A DNA stretch of 31,306 bases from a virus. Taxonomy: Duplodnaviria > Heunggongvirae > Uroviricota > Caudoviricetes. The translations under genes were made by a program, and so were the position numbers. The stretch lies in the IMG/VR virus record IMGVR_UViG_2585427737_000015, one strand, 5' to 3'. How positions within the stretch are numbered: the stretch's first letter is position 1; each line of letters begins with the position of its first letter. Shown here one piece after another: positions 8,832 to 18,237 of this stretch. The notes under the pieces were generated by a model. That model was given only the letters and a program-made list of their open reading frames with translations, was not told the origin of the DNA and did no database searches.

Positions 8832-9824
8832 TTATGCTAGAGTTGAATATTCTCCATTTCCTCGGTCGGTGAGTGTTAATTCGCGGCCATTTTCTGTAAA
8901 TGTAATGGCATCCAGCAGGCTTTTTCCTGTTACAGCTATACCATATCCAAGGTTATCAATCTTTGAACTGTCCTCAGATGATATTGGTATTTGTACAAGC
9001 ATACCAACAACAAAGCCGTATTTGTTAATTATAGGGCCACCGCTATTCCCCCCCTTAACCCTAGCATTGAATAATAAAAAGTCTTGTGAATCTAAGTAAG
9101 AGTGACCAGAACCAACAATTCGCCCCTTTGACAGTCGGACAAACGAATTTATATGCGAAACGTCATATAACTTTAATGCATCAAATCCTGGAATGGGTGG
9201 AAATCCTATTGATAAAATTTCATCCAGTACCGAGGCTTTGGTTGAGACCTTAAGTGGTTGAATATTATCTTCATTCGGAATGGTTGTGAAAACTAAAGCG
9301 ATATCAATACGTTCATCGTTAGATACAAAGATTTTATGTATTGGTAAAGCCTCACCACCAGCTCTAAGTATCCTGATACTCTTCATGTCTTCAATAACAT
9401 GTCTGGCTGTAAATATCGTGTGGTTATTCCCAACAATAAAACTAGTACCAAGATCATGTGAACCATCACTTTTTTCAACAACAACAGGTAAAACGGAAGG
9501 ACTAAGGCGGTCTATGATTGACTCAAATCCATCAGCTATAAAATCATACTTTCCATATTTCGCATCTGATTCATTGAAATTCGGTGCGAAATAGCAACGG
9601 TCCAAAAGAGTATGTCCTGAAGATAATTCCATTAAAATACCTTCAGTTGCTAGCTTTTCACAATTGCGTATTAACTTCATCATATCGAGAGTATTTTCCC
9701 ACTCAGGTTTGAGACGGGTCAGGCTCTCAATTGTTTTTCTCTCTTTTACGTTATCGTTTTCCGGTTTGTCATAAAAATATTTCACTATTTCTGTTGGTGT
9801 TACATATGTTTTTTTTATAGTCAT
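8832..9824 (-). CDS. Cargo gene at the P2 Z/fun locus: N-terminal domain of unknown function fused to a trypsin-like (chymotrypsin-fold, S1/Trypsin_2-type) serine protease domain; 330 aa from ATG, 348 aa if the upstream GTG is used
   Basis: ORF 8832..9878. Motifs GTSFIVGNNHTIFTARHV (His160), ERIDIALVF (Asp192), VKGGNSGGPI (Ser279), track numbering, with triad spacing typical of DegP-like proteases. No Shine-Dalgarno before the GTG at 9878; a weak one before the ATG at 9824. AT-rich relative to the flanking phage genes. Confidence 0.7.
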   Translation of the reverse strand: MTIKKTYVTPTEIVKYFYDKPENDNVKERKTIESLTRLKPEWENTLDMMKLIRNCEKLATEGILMELSSGHTLLDRCYFAPNFNESDAKYGKYDFIADGFESIIDRLSPSVLPVVVEKSDGSHDLGTSFIVGNNHTIFTARHVIEDMKSIRILRAGGEALPIHKIFVSNDERIDIALVFTTIPNEDNIQPLKVSTKASVLDEILSIGFPPIPGFDALKLYDVSHINSFVRLSKGRIVGSGHSYLDSQDFLLFNARVKGGNSGGPIINKYGFVVGMLVQIPISSEDSSKIDNLGYGIAVTGKSLLDAITFTENGRELTLTDRGNGEYSTLA

Positions 9825-10217
9825 TTTTGTACCCGCGATGACGTTATTCCATATATTTTTCTTTGTAGAAAATATCACTATTGCTGGTAAATGTTAAGTT
9901 CAGTGCTCGCACTAAAGCTGGATGATCAACGTCGCCCTCGTATGGAAATCAGGTAAGATTCATGTCTACTTGGGGTCTAGGGTAGACAGCATAAAAACGT
10001 ACGATAGCGTTCGATTGGCTCTCCCCCCCGCCTATAAACCATGAGGTTGATAGGGTAGTATCGTTAGGCAATAGTATACATGTAAGTATCCAACCTAATT
10101 GGTCTTGAGATTTCTAACTAACGTGTCGTTATGTCCGCTCCTGGCACAGAGCGGACTGTCAGATTAGGCTTTACTCTGTTCTATAGGTATGTAAGCTCAC
10201 ACAAGAGTTCATACAAC

Positions 10218-10745
10218 TTATTGCGGCATTTCCGGCCATTCAGGATTTGCAGGATCCACACGACTGATCAGAACGCTGTAGCGTTCCCATGATTCCAGTC
10301 GGCTACGCTCCTCATCTGTTGCCATGTTCAGTCTGACCGCGCGCTCCAGCGGCAAAATCACGGATTCAGCATCTGCAAGAAGTCTGGCTTTCCGAATTTC
10401 TGCCTGCTGCTGTAATTCCTCTGCCGTATAAATGCGTTTAATCACTTTGCCGTCCTTAAACATCCAGTTCCCTGAAATGTCCGCCCGTCGGTTAGCAGTA
10501 ATATCCGCCACTTCAACAACACTTAATCCATCCGGTCTGATAGCTGTCACATCCTTTTCCACATAGTGGATGATATTATCTTTGTCGTACGCTATTTTTA
10601 TCGTGTCATCAGCAAAATACTTTTGTTCTTCGTACCAGTTCTTACCATCTTCTGAAAAAAACCAGACAACATCAAAGTCCTTTGTCAATTGATATTGTTC
10701 AACCGTTTTTGGATTACCCGCCGTAATATTTTTTAAATGCTGCAT
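10218..10745 (-). CDS. G: Tail fibre assembly protein gpG (175 aa)
   Basis: ORF track; P2 length; directly downstream of H. Confidence 0.8.
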   Translation of the reverse strand: MQHLKNITAGNPKTVEQYQLTKDFDVVWFFSEDGKNWYEEQKYFADDTIKIAYDKDNIIHYVEKDVTAIRPDGLSVVEVADITANRRADISGNWMFKDGKVIKRIYTAEELQQQAEIRKARLLADAESVILPLERAVRLNMATDEERSRLESWERYSVLISRVDPANPEWPEMPQ

Positions 10746-10748
10746 AAA

Positions 10749-12998
10749 TTATACCTGCGCCACGTTATACCATGTCCCGTTAATGTATTTCTGCACCGGT
10801 CTGTAATATACGCCACCAATGTTATCGGCAGAGTTTGAGCCGGTATCCTGAACAATAATGCCGGTATATACGCAACCTGACGGAGCCTGATGCGTCCATG
10901 TAGTACCATTATTTGCTGGTTTATATGTAGATGCACCGCCCAGCCGCATGTCTCTCACATAACGTGAATCTGACTCAGTTTTGGTGTATGCACCAACATC
11001 TCCCGCTGAGGGTTTATGAGCAGTTGTATATAGTTGCGCCCATCCAGACCAGTTAGCATCTGTGGTATCTCGTCGGGAACGAATATATGCCGGAGCATGA
11101 GCACCGCTGGTTCCACTCCAGCCAATAAGTAACTCACCCTCTCCTACTGCGGTTACGCCAGTGAGATGAAGCACATTACCATAGGCTGTTGGGTAGCCAT
11201 TGTTGTATGCCTCATACATCTGAATACCTGGTGTCCCCTTTACGCTCCCACCTAATGCATTAACACGGTTTCTGGATACCAGTGTATTAATATTTATATC
11301 GGCAGAGCCATCAAATCTGACACCATTAATATTTCTTGCGTTCGCTAACTTCGTTGCTGTTGCAGCATTTCCTGAAAGGCTGGAAATAAATGGATGTGAA
11401 CAGTAATAACCACGTCCATTTTTAAAATCCAGAATAGCCTGTGCGTTCGTGCTTTCTGTAGCGGGATTAGTTGCCCCCCACTTATATGTCGTTTGACCGA
11501 CGACATAATCCTCTGTCGGAACAATAACCGTTAGCCCTTCCTCTGCAAGAATTTGTACAGGGAAAGCTCTGGCTTCAACATAAAAAACACTACATACATC
11601 ATCATCTTTCAGGCTTGTAACAATGGAATGGATTGAACGCTCATTAGTCTGATACGTCCAGAAATAACCTGCCGCATATGAACCACGATCAGTCCAGCCT
11701 CCGGGCATAACCATGCCATTAAACTCGCAGTTATTCATTACATAATCGCCGTTATAACAACCAGTGGAAATAACAACGCGGGATGCCATTTCTCCTGAAA
11801 GGCTGGCAGCACGGCGAAAGATAACGGGGTACCACTTCCCGGCAACGACATTTGCAGGGGCTGCAAACGAATACTTTCGCATTCCCTTTTTCTTATCCAC
11901 TTCACCTTTGCTGTAAACATTAATGTTACTCAGGAAGCGTTCTTTATCAGGGATATCCGCACCGTTCTGATCTTTCTGAAGACGTTTTTCAGCATTGTCA
12001 TAGGCAGACTTCACCGCCTTTGGCGTTGCAGCCTGCGTTTCAGAATCACTGTTGGTGGCGCTACTGAGCTGGACAAGACCTTTTCGCGCCGTGGTGGCAT
12101 CCTGTGCAGTGTATTTCCCGTTAGCAAGGTCATATGCTGTCTTAACCGCCTTTGGCGTTGCCGCAAGCGTTTCAGAATCGCTGTTGGTGGCGCTACTGAG
12201 CTGAACAAGGCCTTTTCGCGCTGTTGTGGCATCCTGTGCAGTGTATTTCCCGTTAGCAAGGTCATATGCTGCCTTTACCGCTTTCGGCGTTGCGGCGAGC
12301 GTTTCAGACGTGCTGTTAGTCGCACTACTGAGCTGAACAAGGCCTTTTCGCGCGGTGGTAGCGTCCTGTGCGGTATATTTCCCGTTAGCAAGGTCATATG
12401 CGGCCTTAACCGCCTTTGGCGTTGCAGCCAGTGTTTCAGACGTGCTGTTGGTCGCACTGCTTAACTGAGTAAAACCTTTTGCGGTCAGCGAGGCGTCAGG
12501 GTGACGTCGTGACTGTTCATGTTCTGCAATTTTGTCATCAACGTAATCCTGCGTTGCCATCACCGTTGTGGTGTCAATGGTCAGCTCCACTGAGGCCACA
12601 CTGCTGACGATGATGACCATGCGGCAGGTCTGCGAACGCCCTGAGCCTTCGGCAAGGGCTGGCTTATAACTTTCGGCCATGTTCGCCACGGCAATTAACG
12701 TTCCAGCATCATCGTACAGGCCAAGCTCACGCATCCAGAAACCGCCCACCTCCGGCGGAATAACCAGCTCTGCGATAATATAATTACTGTTTCGTTTGTC
12801 CTGACTGATTTTGTTCAGCGCATGTCGCCAGACTTCGTGGATAAGCCCGGTCTGTCCGGCATCCGGGACAGGCAATTTACCACCGCCATCCCCGACGGCC
12901 ATCGTGGTAATGTTGACCTTCCGCCCTCCCGGCGCGGTTGCCGCTGCCAGCTTTGCTGCACCGGCAGTAGTGATAACGGTTTTGAATTTTGTGCTCAT
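10749..12998 (-). CDS. H: Tail fibre protein gpH (749 aa) with four tandem 44-aa repeats
   Basis: ORF track; N-terminus MSTKFKTVITTAGAAKLAAA is P2 H-like; longer than P2 H because of the repeat expansion and a different C-terminal receptor-binding region. Confidence 0.85.
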   Translation of the reverse strand: MSTKFKTVITTAGAAKLAAATAPGGRKVNITTMAVGDGGGKLPVPDAGQTGLIHEVWRHALNKISQDKRNSNYIIAELVIPPEVGGFWMRELGLYDDAGTLIAVANMAESYKPALAEGSGRSQTCRMVIIVSSVASVELTIDTTTVMATQDYVDDKIAEHEQSRRHPDASLTAKGFTQLSSATNSTSETLAATPKAVKAAYDLANGKYTAQDATTARKGLVQLSSATNSTSETLAATPKAVKAAYDLANGKYTAQDATTARKGLVQLSSATNSDSETLAATPKAVKTAYDLANGKYTAQDATTARKGLVQLSSATNSDSETQAATPKAVKSAYDNAEKRLQKDQNGADIPDKERFLSNINVYSKGEVDKKKGMRKYSFAAPANVVAGKWYPVIFRRAASLSGEMASRVVISTGCYNGDYVMNNCEFNGMVMPGGWTDRGSYAAGYFWTYQTNERSIHSIVTSLKDDDVCSVFYVEARAFPVQILAEEGLTVIVPTEDYVVGQTTYKWGATNPATESTNAQAILDFKNGRGYYCSHPFISSLSGNAATATKLANARNINGVRFDGSADININTLVSRNRVNALGGSVKGTPGIQMYEAYNNGYPTAYGNVLHLTGVTAVGEGELLIGWSGTSGAHAPAYIRSRRDTTDANWSGWAQLYTTAHKPSAGDVGAYTKTESDSRYVRDMRLGGASTYKPANNGTTWTHQAPSGCVYTGIIVQDTGSNSADNIGGVYYRPVQKYINGTWYNVAQV
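11964..12464 (-). repeat. Four near-identical tandem 132-bp (44-codon) repeats inside gene H
   Basis: Protein repeat LSSATNS[TD]SET[LQ]AATPKAVK[ATS]AYDLANGKYTAQDATTARKGLVQ x4 starting near residue 179. Nucleotide repeats visible (GTTAGCAAGGTCATATGC recurs about every 132 bp). Boundaries approximate. Confidence 0.8.
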
Positions 12999-13008
12999 TA
13001 TTCCTCAC

Positions 13009-13539
13009 TTATCCGGGGTAAACCGTAATTACATCGCCGTCGTAAGCCACACCACCGGCGAACAGATAGCCGGGAATGTCCCGGGTAATGTTCAGACCAA
13101 TAAGGTGACGGCTTGCAGGTTTGGCATCAGCAATCAGCCGTTCCATTTCCTGATACATTGCCTCTGTGATACCGCTTTCCAGTACACCAATATCGAGCCG
13201 GAAGGTGCCGGGCGGGTCACTGTTTTCCCACCACTCCGTCACGTTGATGAGATAGCCGAGCGGCTCCACCACACGTCGGATTGCACCTATCGTGCCCTTA
13301 TGACAGTGGATGAAATAGGCATCGCGGATAACGGCGCGTTTTGTCGCTTCCGGCCACTTTTCATCCCACCTGTCGACCGAAAACGCCCACGCCAGCCACG
13401 GCAGCAGATTTGGCGGGCAGGTGTCCGGGTTCCACAGCTCACGAATACTGACCGGCGTTTTTTCAATTTCCGCACAGGCTTTCGCGGCAGCGACTTCAAG
13501 CGGTGATGAGCCGGTCGGCAGCAGGCGCGAATCACTCAT
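13009..13539 (-). CDS. I: Baseplate protein gpI (176 aa)
   Basis: ORF track; P2 length and order. Confidence 0.85.
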   Translation of the reverse strand: MSDSRLLPTGSSPLEVAAAKACAEIEKTPVSIRELWNPDTCPPNLLPWLAWAFSVDRWDEKWPEATKRAVIRDAYFIHCHKGTIGAIRRVVEPLGYLINVTEWWENSDPPGTFRLDIGVLESGITEAMYQEMERLIADAKPASRHLIGLNITRDIPGYLFAGGVAYDGDVITVYPG

Positions 13540-14440
13540 CCGAGCCTCCGGTCACGACGCGGTATTCGGTGCAGAAAGACGCCTGCGTACTGTTGAGCAC
13601 GATGTCGGCCAGTGGTGCAGCCAGTTCGACACGCTGCACGCCTTCCACATGCAAGGCGGCATAAATGGCAGACAGACGGATGTCGCGCCCCAGCCGGTGC
13701 TGTGCCGTGATGTACGCTTCCAGTTTTTTCACGGCGGCAGCGCGAATGGGTTCGCTTTCGGGGCCAGGGTAAAGGTAAAGCGTGGCATTTATCTGGTATT
13801 CAACGATGGCGGCAGACTGCACGGTCACACGGTCGGCCACCGGTCTGACGTCCTCGCCATTCAGGGCGTTGCGCACCACAGCCAGCAGGTCTTCAGATGC
13901 CACACCGTTATTTTCACGTGACAGCACAGAGATGGTGACACAGGCCGGAGACGGACTGGTGACAGAGATATCCGCGACACGCCCGTCGGCACTGCGACCA
14001 TGATACTGATAGGCTCCCACCGACCCGGCGACGCTTAAGCCTTCAAACGCCTGCTGAATACGCAGACGATAATCGGTGTCAGACTCCATCACTGCCGGTG
14101 TCGGCGGGATAGTCGAATCATCTGCCGGGGTGATAGTCAGGCGCGTGGTGTTGTAATTGGCACCAATCACATCAAGGTCATTACCGGCTGCCCAGGCCAG
14201 CATCACCGCCCGTGCAGCCTCATTCACACGCTGACGCCAGATAAGCTCGCGATACGCATTTTCCTCCAGCAGTTTGACGAGAGGCTCGGATTCCAGCGTC
14301 AGGGTACGGGCGACCGCCTCCTGCTGATCTTCCGGGTAAAGGGAAATCAGTGTCGCCTTGCGTTCAGCGAGAATGCTTTCAAAGTCCAGCTCCTCGACCA
14401 CATCCGGTGCGGGTAGCTGGTTCAGGTCGATAATCGGCAT
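13532..14440 (-). CDS. J: Baseplate wedge protein gpJ (302 aa)
   Basis: ORF track; P2 length and order; overlaps I by 8 nt. Confidence 0.85.
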   Translation of the reverse strand: MPIIDLNQLPAPDVVEELDFESILAERKATLISLYPEDQQEAVARTLTLESEPLVKLLEENAYRELIWRQRVNEAARAVMLAWAAGNDLDVIGANYNTTRLTITPADDSTIPPTPAVMESDTDYRLRIQQAFEGLSVAGSVGAYQYHGRSADGRVADISVTSPSPACVTISVLSRENNGVASEDLLAVVRNALNGEDVRPVADRVTVQSAAIVEYQINATLYLYPGPESEPIRAAAVKKLEAYITAQHRLGRDIRLSAIYAALHVEGVQRVELAAPLADIVLNSTQASFCTEYRVVTGGSDE

Positions 14441-14444
14441 GGTT

Positions 14445-14792
14445 TCAACTCACAGGGATGGTTAACGAAAGTGGCTGGCCGGTGTCGTTGTGCTGGCCGG
14501 TTAACGTGACCGTCATTCGCCCGTCAAAACTGCGCTCAGTGGTGACGGATGACAGGGTGACGCGGGGTTCCCATTTCAGCACCGCCATGTAACAGGCGAC
14601 CTTAATCTGCAACTCAAGCGCCGGGGTCTGCGGCTGGTCAATCATTGACGCCAGCAAGGAGCCGTAATCACGACGCATCACCCGTGAGCCGACTGGTGTG
14701 CGCAGGATATCGCCGATACTCTGGCTGATATGCTCGAGGTCAGTGACCGTCAGGCCATCACTGCGATTCATTCCGAGATAACGCGCTGTCAT
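14445..14792 (-). CDS. W: Baseplate protein gpW (115 aa)
   Basis: ORF track; P2 length and order. Confidence 0.85.
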   Translation of the reverse strand: MTARYLGMNRSDGLTVTDLEHISQSIGDILRTPVGSRVMRRDYGSLLASMIDQPQTPALELQIKVACYMAVLKWEPRVTLSSVTTERSFDGRMTVTLTGQHNDTGQPLSLTIPVS

Positions 14793-15424
14793 AGAGGACT
14801 CCCGGTTGTGCCGCCGCTGTCGCCGGGGTGTTTATGGGTATGCAGTACCTTACCGTTTGATGAGAGTTCACCGCCGGTGTGTTCAATGTTGCCGCGCATC
14901 GTCCCGCCCTTCTGCACTTCCAGCGTGCCGGTAATCAGCCTGTTGGTGCAGACCACCTCCGGGGTGTCCAGGGTGACGCGGGTTGATGCTTTCACCATGA
15001 CCACCGGCACCGTGGCAGTAACAGAATCAGAAGCCGTCACGCTGGCCGTTTTAATTCCGCTTACCGTGAGTGCACTGGTTTCGGGTTCATATTCAATCAC
15101 CGCCCCGTCAGGGAAACGGATATGCAGGGCATCCGCCGACACAGACGGCGAGGGGTTATCGCCGGAATAAATCCCCGGCAGAACGAACGCCGTGTCGAGT
15201 TCACCACCCACGGCCAGAATCAGCACCTGTTCCCCCACGGAAGGTGCCCACCATGTGCGCGAACGTCCTGCGCGATGGGTCAGCCACTGAAGCCAGTCGG
15301 TGCACATGCCGCCGGTCTGCACGCGGCAGCGACCGGCGTTAAGGTCGGTTTCGACGATAATGCCGGTGCGAATCATGTTGCGCAGTGCGCGCGCGAGTTC
15401 CTGAATATTTGCGAGAGTGTTCAT
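14789..15424 (-). CDS. V: Baseplate spike protein gpV (211 aa)
   Basis: ORF 14789..15442; start moved to the internal ATG (MNTLANIQELARAL...) to match the 211-aa P2 gpV; overlaps W by 4 nt. Confidence 0.8.
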   Translation of the reverse strand: MNTLANIQELARALRNMIRTGIIVETDLNAGRCRVQTGGMCTDWLQWLTHRAGRSRTWWAPSVGEQVLILAVGGELDTAFVLPGIYSGDNPSPSVSADALHIRFPDGAVIEYEPETSALTVSGIKTASVTASDSVTATVPVVMVKASTRVTLDTPEVVCTNRLITGTLEVQKGGTMRGNIEHTGGELSSNGKVLHTHKHPGDSGGTTGSPL

Positions 15425-15507
15425 GCGTGTGAGATTGCACAATATATAAAAGTTATGCTATCTGGATTCATTTGTAGAACTACCAGACAACATTCAAGGA
15501 GAGCGTA

Positions 15508-16293
15508 ATGGTCAGCTATAATGTGACTAATGTGTGGGGGCTAATCGTTTTTTTCCTTTGTAGCTTTGCAGTATTAGCATTTTTTAGCTTTGGTAAAAGT
15601 AACCTTATGAGGCTTATTGCACATTATTTCAATTTTGGATATTCAGACAAAAAATTAAAAAGACTTGACCGCGAGTGGCGCGACATTCAACTATTTAAAA
15701 TAATTAACGGAATCAATGTATCAGGCATTGAAAATGTGAGAATGATACAGCAGGGACTGATTGATGGAAAACTAAAAACATCGTATTTTTTCCTTACTCG
15801 CATCTGGGGTGACATAACAAAACCACCACACATAATTAAAACAACAATTGTAATTCTGGCCAGTATTATTTATATTCTCTTCGCATGTTATATACACAAC
15901 AAACAATCCGCTATAGTAAGAGATGCCATAGGCATACCATATAAAAATATGATGTACTATGTTTATAGTGACAAAGTTCTTTTATCCTTCAAAAATAAAG
16001 CAGTTGAATTTAATAAAACTTATAGCCTTGCCGATTGCAAGAGACTGCAAAACGTATTTATAAAAGACACACTTCCTGAAATCGCCTGCAATAAGCTCTT
16101 ACAGCTAAACGAGGAGGACTCCGAATGGTTAAGCCAGGAGATTAAAGATAATAACAGTCACAAAAAAGCATTATTAATACTATCCCTCGTCTATTTCACT
16201 TCAGGTCTGGTTATATTCCTGTCATATACAAAATTCTTTTACGCCAATAAGAAGGTTTTAGAATACAAAGCATCAAATAAAAATCACTCATAA
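15508..16293 (+). CDS. Cargo gene at the P2 orf30 locus: AT-rich predicted integral membrane protein (261 aa, about 3 transmembrane segments), function unknown
   Basis: ORF track; Shine-Dalgarno AGGAG 8 nt before the ATG; hydrophobic stretches at about residues 9-29, 113-133 and 221-241; opposite strand to the flanking late genes; low G+C by eye. Confidence 0.65.
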   Translation: MVSYNVTNVWGLIVFFLCSFAVLAFFSFGKSNLMRLIAHYFNFGYSDKKLKRLDREWRDIQLFKIINGINVSGIENVRMIQQGLIDGKLKTSYFFLTRIWGDITKPPHIIKTTIVILASIIYILFACYIHNKQSAIVRDAIGIPYKNMMYYVYSDKVLLSFKNKAVEFNKTYSLADCKRLQNVFIKDTLPEIACNKLLQLNEEDSEWLSQEIKDNNSHKKALLILSLVYFTSGLVIFLSYTKFFYANKKVLEYKASNKNHS

Positions 16294-16301
16294 ACCTCTA
16301 A

Positions 16302-16332
16302 ACATTGAGCGCCCAGCATGGCCGCTCAATGT
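16302..16332. terminator. Hairpin between convergent genes (cargo membrane protein and S), probable bidirectional terminator
   Basis: Perfect 10-bp stem ACATTGAGCG / CGCTCAATGT (16302-16311 and 16323-16332) with an 11-nt loop; followed by a T-containing tract on the plus side. Confidence 0.45.
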
Positions 16333-16364
16333 TTAATTGCGCATCAGCCTCTGCCTGGATAAAA

Positions 16365-16817
16365 CTAACGCTCAAGGTGAGCCAGGATAATCTCTTCAAT
16401 CATCTGCACATCCTCACAGGTAAAGCCGAGCAGAGGACGCGCCGGATAATCAATTTTCTTACCGTCTTTCCGGGTTTCTTCCGACAGACCGAACTGATGC
16501 ACACTGGCTATTTTCGGTGACTTCCCGCCGTAAAACTCCATTGATGCCTGTTCAGGGCTGGCGCGGATATGCAAAAAACGACTGGTGATAAGTTTCGCAA
16601 ACATTTTTCGCTTAACGCGACCGGTCTTTTTTCTGGCGCTCTGCTGCTGGCGTGGTGCGTAGGGTGTGCCGTCCGGGGCTTTCTGTGCCATCACCCGGCG
16701 CTGCTGACTCTGCCGCAGACGTTTCGCCAGTTCGGCGCTCAGTCGCCGACGCCCTGACGGTGACAACGATTCAATCAGTCCGGTCAGCCGGTCTTCAAAA
16801 CGCTTAAACTCATTCAT
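16365..16817 (-). CDS. S: Tail completion protein gpS (150 aa)
   Basis: ORF track; P2 length and order. Confidence 0.85.
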   Translation of the reverse strand: MNEFKRFEDRLTGLIESLSPSGRRRLSAELAKRLRQSQQRRVMAQKAPDGTPYAPRQQQSARKKTGRVKRKMFAKLITSRFLHIRASPEQASMEFYGGKSPKIASVHQFGLSEETRKDGKKIDYPARPLLGFTCEDVQMIEEIILAHLER

Positions 16818-17277
16818 CCCACTTGCTCACCAGTTCGCCATTGATATAAAGCTCCACCGGGCGGGTGACCGGCTCCGGCGGCGTGGGTTCCGGGATATTC
16901 TTCACATGCAGTGCGCCGTCCACCTCACTGACCAGCGTGCGCTCGGTCAGCATCAGGCTGATGCTGATATCAAAGCTGCTGTCATTATTGATGTCTGCAT
17001 AAAACGTGAAGCCCTTTTTCTGACCTGCGTCGGTGGTCATGATGTCGGGCTGATTTACCCGCAGCCACGCCAGCACCGGCACGATGAGCAGGTCAAAATC
17101 ACCGGTAAAGTCGGTCACAATGACATTGAGCGTGTAACGCTTTTCGAATGACAACGACGCCGCCAGCGTGGAGGCAATACTCCCGTGATCCACGAATATC
17201 CGCAGCATATCGGGGTTAGTTTTCAGCACCGTGACGGCATCAGTCAGCGCCCTGCGCAGGCTGTCGGGTTTGAGCAT
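16810..17277 (-). CDS. R: Tail completion protein gpR (155 aa)
   Basis: ORF track; P2 length and order. Confidence 0.85.
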   Translation of the reverse strand: MLKPDSLRRALTDAVTVLKTNPDMLRIFVDHGSIASTLAASLSFEKRYTLNVIVTDFTGDFDLLIVPVLAWLRVNQPDIMTTDAGQKKGFTFYADINNDSSFDISISLMLTERTLVSEVDGALHVKNIPEPTPPEPVTRPVELYINGELVSKWDE

Positions 17278-17530
17278 CGTTTTCGTCCTGACAGTGTTTA
17301 ATCATTTTTACCTGGCTGGCACAGCGCGCCAGCGCGTTCTCAAGCTGCCGGATATCGGCACTTAAATCACCGTTCGTCTCCGGGTCGCTGCCCGGCATCG
17401 GGCAAAGACTCACTTTCGGGCAGGCGTTGTGGACAATCACTGGCGTCGGTGCAGGCGGGGCGCTGGTGCAACCGGCGCACAGCATCAGGCAGGTCAGCGC
17501 CGTACCAGCGGCGAAAATCTTCGTTTTCAT
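17240..17530 (-). CDS. lysC: LysC, Rz1-like outer-membrane lipoprotein spanin (96 aa), out of frame and partly embedded in lysB
   Basis: Internal Met of ORF 17240..17647 gives MKTKIFAAGTALTCLMLCAGC with a lipobox (LCAGC) and a Pro-rich mature part; 96 aa as in P2. Confidence 0.7.
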   Translation of the reverse strand: MKTKIFAAGTALTCLMLCAGCTSAPPAPTPVIVHNACPKVSLCPMPGSDPETNGDLSADIRQLENALARCASQVKMIKHCQDENDAQTRQPAQGAD

Positions 17531-17810
17531 TAAGTAACCTCGTGATGGTTTTCTCGCGCTGTGCTTCACGCTTCGCGGCGTTCTCCAGTTCCTGACGCAG
17601 TACCACCTGCGCCAGCTCGTTTTTGTCTGCTCTGGTGAGGGCAACATGAAGCTGATTTTTCAGCATGGTGATGGTCGTCTGCTGCCCGCTGGCGACGTTG
17701 TTCGCCCTGTCCAGCGAGGCGCGCAGGCTGGCATTTTTGTGTTTCACCAGAAACAGACCAGCCACCGCCAGTGATAACAACACAACCAGCACAATCATCA
17801 GCCTTGACAT
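17367..17810 (-). CDS. lysB: LysB, Rz-like inner-membrane spanin (147 aa)
   Basis: ORF track; N-terminal transmembrane helix then a charged coiled-coil-like region; position between lysA and R. Confidence 0.75.
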   Translation of the reverse strand: MSRLMIVLVVLLSLAVAGLFLVKHKNASLRASLDRANNVASGQQTTITMLKNQLHVALTRADKNELAQVVLRQELENAAKREAQREKTITRLLNENEDFRRWYGADLPDAVRRLHQRPACTDASDCPQRLPESESLPDAGQRPGDER

Positions 17811-18223
17811 GGTTCCCGCCCCTCAAAACACTGACGGCAGGCCGTACGTATCAGCCGGAAGAACACCGACGCCACGAGATAAATCAGCGCGGTAAAAATC
17901 CACCCGGCAGCGACCAGCGAGATAAATGTCGCCACCATCACCACCAGAGCCGCCGCCCGTCTGCGCCACGGCACCGGCTGCAAAAACAGCGACGTGACAA
18001 TCTTCACGGCCAGCGATTCCGGTGGCAGCTCCCGCCCGTAGCGTTCAAGTACATACTCCGTGGCATACACGCCGACACCACCGGCAACCACACAGATAAC
18101 CGTCACCAGAATCGCCCAGGTGGCGACAAAACTGACGGCCACGCTCTGCGGGTAAATCAGGGACAGTGCCAGCATCAGCGCCAGCGACACGTTCAGCATC
18201 AGTGAAAGGGATAATTTCTTCAT
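17798..18223 (-). CDS. lysA: LysA, membrane protein of the lysis cassette (141 aa)
   Basis: ORF track; multiple hydrophobic segments; P2 length and order. Confidence 0.75.
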   Translation of the reverse strand: MKKLSLSLMLNVSLALMLALSLIYPQSVAVSFVATWAILVTVICVVAGGVGVYATEYVLERYGRELPPESLAVKIVTSLFLQPVPWRRRAAALVVMVATFISLVAAGWIFTALIYLVASVFFRLIRTACRQCFEGREPCQG

Positions 18224-18237
18224 GGTGTTTACTCCGT

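Noticed and set aside
9878-9878. GTG start for the protease gene as given by the ORF track (348 aa)
   Set aside because: No Shine-Dalgarno upstream; the ATG 18 codons downstream (9824) has a weak GGG-containing upstream element and is preferred. Both remain possible.
12011-12457. Minus-strand ORFs 12011..12265 and 12275..12457 with internally repeated peptide sequence
   Set aside because: Out-of-frame readings of the tandem repeats inside gene H; the repetition comes from the H repeats, not from independent genes.
15425-15507. Searched for Ogr-type TGT-N12-ACA dyads upstream of V (also upstream of FI and in the O/P divergent region)
   Set aside because: Only near-matches with 11- or 14-nt spacing found by eye (for example TGT-N11-ACA near 15472-15488); a proper motif scan would be needed, so no binding sites were annotated.
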